DNA of 64,000 nucleotides. Source: Spirochaetia bacterium. GTDB lineage: Bacteria > Spirochaetota > Spirochaetia > CADAEX01. The notes beneath the pieces were generated by a model, which saw only the letters and a list, made by a program, of their open reading frames with translations, was not told where the DNA came from and ran no database searches. A program made the position numbers and the translations under genes. Location of the stretch: positions 160,001 to 224,000 of the forward strand of contig CAXXHA010000010.1 in the NCBI GenBank assembly GCA_963662265.2, in the 5' to 3' direction. This document shows, in pieces, positions 60,128-64,000 of the stretch; positions within the stretch are counted from its first letter, which is position 1, and the number at the start of each line of letters is the position of its first letter.

Positions 60128-61156
60128 ATGGGAAAAATAAGACTCAACCACTTATTCAATTTTATTTTTCCTGTCACATTTTTTATACTGCTTTTAAGCA
60201 GCTGCTATAAAAGTAATTCTCTCGAAAAAATACCGCCTGAAGAAGCAGGTTTTTCATCAGAAAAGCTTGAAAAAGTTTCAGCTCATGCTGATAAAGCCGG
60301 GGCTTCTGCAATTATTGCGTTGTATGACAGTAAAGTGTTTTATTCATGGGGAAATGTTTCTAAAAACATTCCCTGCCATTCCATCAGGAAACCTTTTCTG
60401 GGAGCATTATACGGGATCTTTATCGAAAGGGGACTAATAAATCCCGGTATGACTGTCGGGGAACTTGGAATTGATGATATTCCCCCGTCACTGACAGCCT
60501 CAGAGAAAAAGGCAACAGTTAGAGACCTTCTAATGTCAAAGTCGGGAATATATCATGAGGCTGCTTCTGAATCTGAAAAAATGAAAAGACTCAGACCGGA
60601 AAGGGGAATCCATGCACCGGGAACCTTCTTCTACTACAACAACTGGGACTTCAATGTACTGGGGACTTCATTTGAAAAGACAACAGATAAGAAAATATTC
60701 AGTTCCTTCAAAAAGGAGATTGCAGATAAAATCGGGATGGAGGATTTCAACCCGTATATATGCTCTTACAAATATGAAAGAAAGCTGTCAAAGCACCCTG
60801 CCTATATTTTCAGGATGTCTGCAAGAGACATGGCAAGGTTCGGCCTTCTATGTATGAATTACGGTAAATGGAAAGGAAAGCAGATAATCCCGGAAGAATG
60901 GATAAGGGAAAGTACAAAGAGCCATTCGTTCAAGTGCCTTAACGGGGATGACTACGGATATCTCTGGAGCATTATACCGGAATCAGTTTTTCCGGGGGGA
61001 GGATTTTACCATACAGGTTTTAAAAACCATTTCCTGGGGATTCTTCCGGATGAAAAACTCGTTGTTGTATACAGGGGAGAGGGTGATCAAGGAGTGGAAC
61101 AGGATGCGGCACAGATGAGAGAGATTCTTTTCATGCTGTATAATGCGAAAAAATGA
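60128..61156 (+). CDS. Serine hydrolase (class C beta-lactamase-like) lipoprotein
   Basis: Lipobox LLSSC, SIRK (SxxK), YNN (YxN), HTG. Confidence 0.85.
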   Translation: MGKIRLNHLFNFIFPVTFFILLLSSCYKSNSLEKIPPEEAGFSSEKLEKVSAHADKAGASAIIALYDSKVFYSWGNVSKNIPCHSIRKPFLGALYGIFIERGLINPGMTVGELGIDDIPPSLTASEKKATVRDLLMSKSGIYHEAASESEKMKRLRPERGIHAPGTFFYYNNWDFNVLGTSFEKTTDKKIFSSFKKEIADKIGMEDFNPYICSYKYERKLSKHPAYIFRMSARDMARFGLLCMNYGKWKGKQIIPEEWIRESTKSHSFKCLNGDDYGYLWSIIPESVFPGGGFYHTGFKNHFLGILPDEKLVVVYRGEGDQGVEQDAAQMREILFMLYNAKK

Positions 61157-61160
61157 GGGA

Positions 61161-61254
61161 CATAATTTCGTCCATTCATTCGCCGGCCTCTACGCCTTCC
61201 TTGGCTGGCCGGCATAATTTCGTCCATGAAATTAACCGCCGCGGTTTGCGGCGG
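61161..61254. repeat. REP-like cluster of palindromes between convergent genes
   Basis: CATAATTTCGTCCAT twice; hairpins GCCGGCC..GGCCGGC, TAATTTC-GTCCAT-GAAATTA, CCGCCGC-GGTTT-GCGGCGG. Confidence 0.65.
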
Positions 61255-61349
61255 CTTATATCTGATATTAATTTTTAAGGGCAGAACATTTAAACTCTGG
61301 AACCGGAAGCTCTTCAGGCTGCTGTATCAGGATTCAGCGCCCTGTTTTA

Positions 61350-62276
61350 TTACCTTTCCCCCCTGATATAGGGCTCCCCGAGATGTGCGGGAGCATTCAT
61401 TTTCCTGTGCCCCTCCTTGCTTATGCCGTAGAGGAACAGCACGGCAAGAGTCGTGAGGTATGGGAGCATACCAAGGAAATTCGGAGAAATCCCTAGCGGC
61501 TGGAGAAGATACTGGAGTACAAATATTCCTCCGAAAATGTAGGCCCCTGCAAAAGCTTTCCTCGGATCCCACATGGCGAAAATTGTAAGAGCCACAACTA
61601 TCCAGCCCCTTCCTGCAATCATCCCCTCGATCCAGGACTTGCTGTATGCAATGGAAAGATGAGATCCCGCAAGCCCCGCAAAAGCACCTCCGGTCATGAC
61701 ACAAAGATACTGAACTACCGATGCATTCACCCCCTGTGTTTCCGCAGCCCTTGGGTTCTCACCGACAGTCCTCACTGCAATACCGCCCCTTGTCTTGAAG
61801 AGAAAAAACCATGCAGCAATCCCGAGAATAACTGATATATAAAAATAGGGATCATGATTAAAAAGAATATCACCTACAACAGGGATATCACCCAGTAAAG
61901 GTATTTTAACAGCTGCCATTTTCATCTTGAGAGGTTTACCGATATATGGTTTGCCCCACAGGCCGCTTATTCCAAGGCCGAGCATTGTGAGGGCAAGGCC
62001 GGAGACTACCTGGTTTGCCTTGAGAGTGATACTTACAAAACCGTGGACCAGCGAAATCAGCGCGCCCATCACAATGGATGCAAACATTCCAAGCCATGGG
62101 TTTCCGGTAGTAAAAGTTACTATAAACCCGGAAACAGCGCCAACAGCCATCATCCCCTCTATACCGAGGTTCATCACACCGCCTCTCTGTGTTATTACTT
62201 CGCCGACAGTCCCGAGAAGAAGAGGCGTACCTGCAATAAGAGTTCTTTTCAATATTGATATAATTATCTGTTCCAT
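61350..62276 (-). CDS. Nucleoside/sugar ABC transporter permease
   Basis: GVMNLGIEGMM, GENP.AA...G, GRGWI, MLPY. Confidence 0.9.
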   Translation of the reverse strand: MEQIIISILKRTLIAGTPLLLGTVGEVITQRGGVMNLGIEGMMAVGAVSGFIVTFTTGNPWLGMFASIVMGALISLVHGFVSITLKANQVVSGLALTMLGLGISGLWGKPYIGKPLKMKMAAVKIPLLGDIPVVGDILFNHDPYFYISVILGIAAWFFLFKTRGGIAVRTVGENPRAAETQGVNASVVQYLCVMTGGAFAGLAGSHLSIAYSKSWIEGMIAGRGWIVVALTIFAMWDPRKAFAGAYIFGGIFVLQYLLQPLGISPNFLGMLPYLTTLAVLFLYGISKEGHRKMNAPAHLGEPYIRGER

Positions 62277-63382
62277 TATTTACCTTTCCTGATAAGAGAA
62301 ATCCTGTTTCTCTGGAAATATTCCCCCATTATGAGGAAAACAAGAATTATTCCGTTAAATACATTTACAGTAGCAGCAGGAAGATTAAGAGATATCTGGA
62401 TAGCATCTCCCCCCACAAGGATCCCGGCAAAAAATATACCTGATATTATTACAAGTACAGGATTCAGCCGCGCAAGCCATGCAACTATAATAGCGGTAAA
62501 TCCGTATCCTGAACTGATTGATTCGGGATATGTGAGGTGATGATGTATACCTGCAACCTCGCCTACCCCGGCAACTCCTGCAAGCCCGCCGCTAATAACC
62601 ATCATGAGAACTGTGGTTCTGAAAAAATCTATACCTGCATAACGTGCAGCTTCCTGGTTTTCACCGATAACTCTCACCTCATAGCCGAACCTTGTCCTGA
62701 AAAGAAGGAAGAAAAGATAAACCACACAGATAAGTGCAACAGCAAGTGTGAAGACATGGATCCTTGATCCCGGCAGAATAGCAAGCATTGCCTGCTCGGG
62801 GAAATCATCTGTATAGGGATACCCGAACTGGGTCTTTCCCTTCCAGGGCCCTATTACCAGCATCTTTATAAATTCGGCAGCAACATAGTTCAGCATCAGA
62901 GTTGAAATAACCTCGTTTATTCCGAAACGGACCTTCAGAAGCGCAGGGATAATTCCCCAGAGAGCACCTCCTACAAAACCTCCCAGAAACATGAGAGGAA
63001 CAACTACAGCAGCGGGAAGAAAAGGCCCCCACCGGAGGGCAATCCATGTGGCAACTGCGGCGCCGGCAAGAAGCTGGCTCTCTGCCCCGATATTCCAGAA
63101 CTTTCCCCTGTAAACAACAGTCAGCCCGCCCCCAATAAGTATAAGGGGAATTGCCTTTGTAATTGTTTCCTTGAATCCGTACATGCTTCCGAATGAGCCG
63201 GAAAATATCCTGAATATTGCATAAAAAGGGTTAATCCCCTTGAGGAGGAAAATAAAACCAATTGCTGAAAGCCCGGCGAAGAGAGAAATAAGCGCTATGA
63301 GCGATGAAACCCAACCCTTTACTTCTCCCCTGGGAGCTACATCTATTTTATAGTTTGTCATTAAATCTGTCGCAATTTTCAT
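62276..63382 (-). CDS. Nucleoside/sugar ABC transporter permease
   Basis: WNIGAE.Q, NEVISTLMLNY, GYGFTAI. Confidence 0.9.
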   Translation of the reverse strand: MKIATDLMTNYKIDVAPRGEVKGWVSSLIALISLFAGLSAIGFIFLLKGINPFYAIFRIFSGSFGSMYGFKETITKAIPLILIGGGLTVVYRGKFWNIGAESQLLAGAAVATWIALRWGPFLPAAVVVPLMFLGGFVGGALWGIIPALLKVRFGINEVISTLMLNYVAAEFIKMLVIGPWKGKTQFGYPYTDDFPEQAMLAILPGSRIHVFTLAVALICVVYLFFLLFRTRFGYEVRVIGENQEAARYAGIDFFRTTVLMMVISGGLAGVAGVGEVAGIHHHLTYPESISSGYGFTAIIVAWLARLNPVLVIISGIFFAGILVGGDAIQISLNLPAATVNVFNGIILVFLIMGEYFQRNRISLIRKGK

Positions 63383-64000
63383 CTGGCAGCCCCGTTAATA
63401 ATAGTATTTTCAGACTCTGTATCACTGTCATTATTCTCATCAAGTTTCAATGAGCCTGTCATCATCAGTCCTATATCCTTGATATTGGAATCTCCCGCAG
63501 AGAGGATGCCCATGAACTCACCCTTGAATATGACCGCTATCCTGTCGCAGATTTCAAAAAGCTCTTCAAGGTCTTCTGAAACAAGGAGAACTCCGCCCCC
63601 TTCCTCACGCCTGTTAAGTATCTGTTTTCTGATATATTCTGTTGCACCGATATCAAGACCATATGTCGGATGAGAAGCAACAAGAAGAGCAGGCTTGCTT
63701 TCTATCTCACGGCCGATAATAAGCTTCTGTATATTACCCCCTGAAAGGGATTTAACCGGCACATTTATGGAAGGCGCTGCAATATTGAATTTTTCTACAA
63801 TATTTGTTGTATGCTGTTTAATCAGGTCGTAATCGAGAAAGAGAAGCCTGGAAAAAGGGCTTGAATGGTGTTTTTTCAGAATTGCATTCTCATATATGAA
63901 GAGATTGGGAACAATCCCGAACTTGATCCTTTCCTCCGGGACATGTGTTATACCGCGTGTATTTACAACACGGGCAGACTGATTTGTAATTGAATCATCT
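63379..64000 (-). CDS. ABC transporter ATP-binding protein, C-terminal part (runs off window end)
   Basis: HVPEER, LSGGNIQK, PTYGLD, SEDLEE. Confidence 0.9.
   Translation of the reverse strand, partial: DDSITNQSARVVNTRGITHVPEERIKFGIVPNLFIYENAILKKHHSSPFSRLLFLDYDLIKQHTTNIVEKFNIAAPSINVPVKSLSGGNIQKLIIGREIESKPALLVASHPTYGLDIGATEYIRKQILNRREEGGGVLLVSEDLEELFEICDRIAVIFKGEFMGILSAGDSNIKDIGLMMTGSLKLDENNDSDTESENTIINGAAR

Noticed and set aside
1-64000. Many short antisense or overlapping ORFs in the track; tRNA or rRNA genes
   Set aside because: Shadow ORFs overlap well-supported genes and lack motifs; no RNA gene was recognisable by eye.

Overview
Bacterial chromosomal window, AT-rich, probably a spirochaete (inferred from lipoboxes such as FLLFSC and LLSSC and from gene content). 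The main signal is a non-canonical, integron-like gene-cassette array at about 2.7-25 kb. A short (266 aa) IntI-like tyrosine recombinase that lacks the IntI-specific I2 insertion is transcribed away from an array of about 13 or more cassettes. Each intact cassette starts with GTTA-N5-AA(T/C) and ends with a cassette-specific, near-perfect 16-24 bp reverse complement of its own start, ending in TAAC, with a conserved mismatch at position 11. Cassettes are separated by TAAC...GTTA hairpin spacers of two families. The ~165 bp family contains a conserved sigma70-like promoter facing the next cassette. Unrelated cargoes share conserved sub-terminal scaffolds. Cargo includes an ORF-less cassette, a lipoprotein, an OLD-nuclease plus BsuBI/PstI-type R-M defence cassette (interrupted by IS21), an inverted toxin-antitoxin pair and many GNATs. 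An IS3 sits in one spacer. The sites decay with distance from the integrase. The rest of the window is a mostly + strand run of small metabolic, stress and transport genes. It includes a chlD-like gene with a candidate programmed -1 frameshift, an MsrA fusion, a 33-bp intergenic tandem array, a TRAP transporter and a nucleoside-type ABC transporter. No rRNA, tRNA or CRISPR array was recognised. All calls are by eye; no searches were run.
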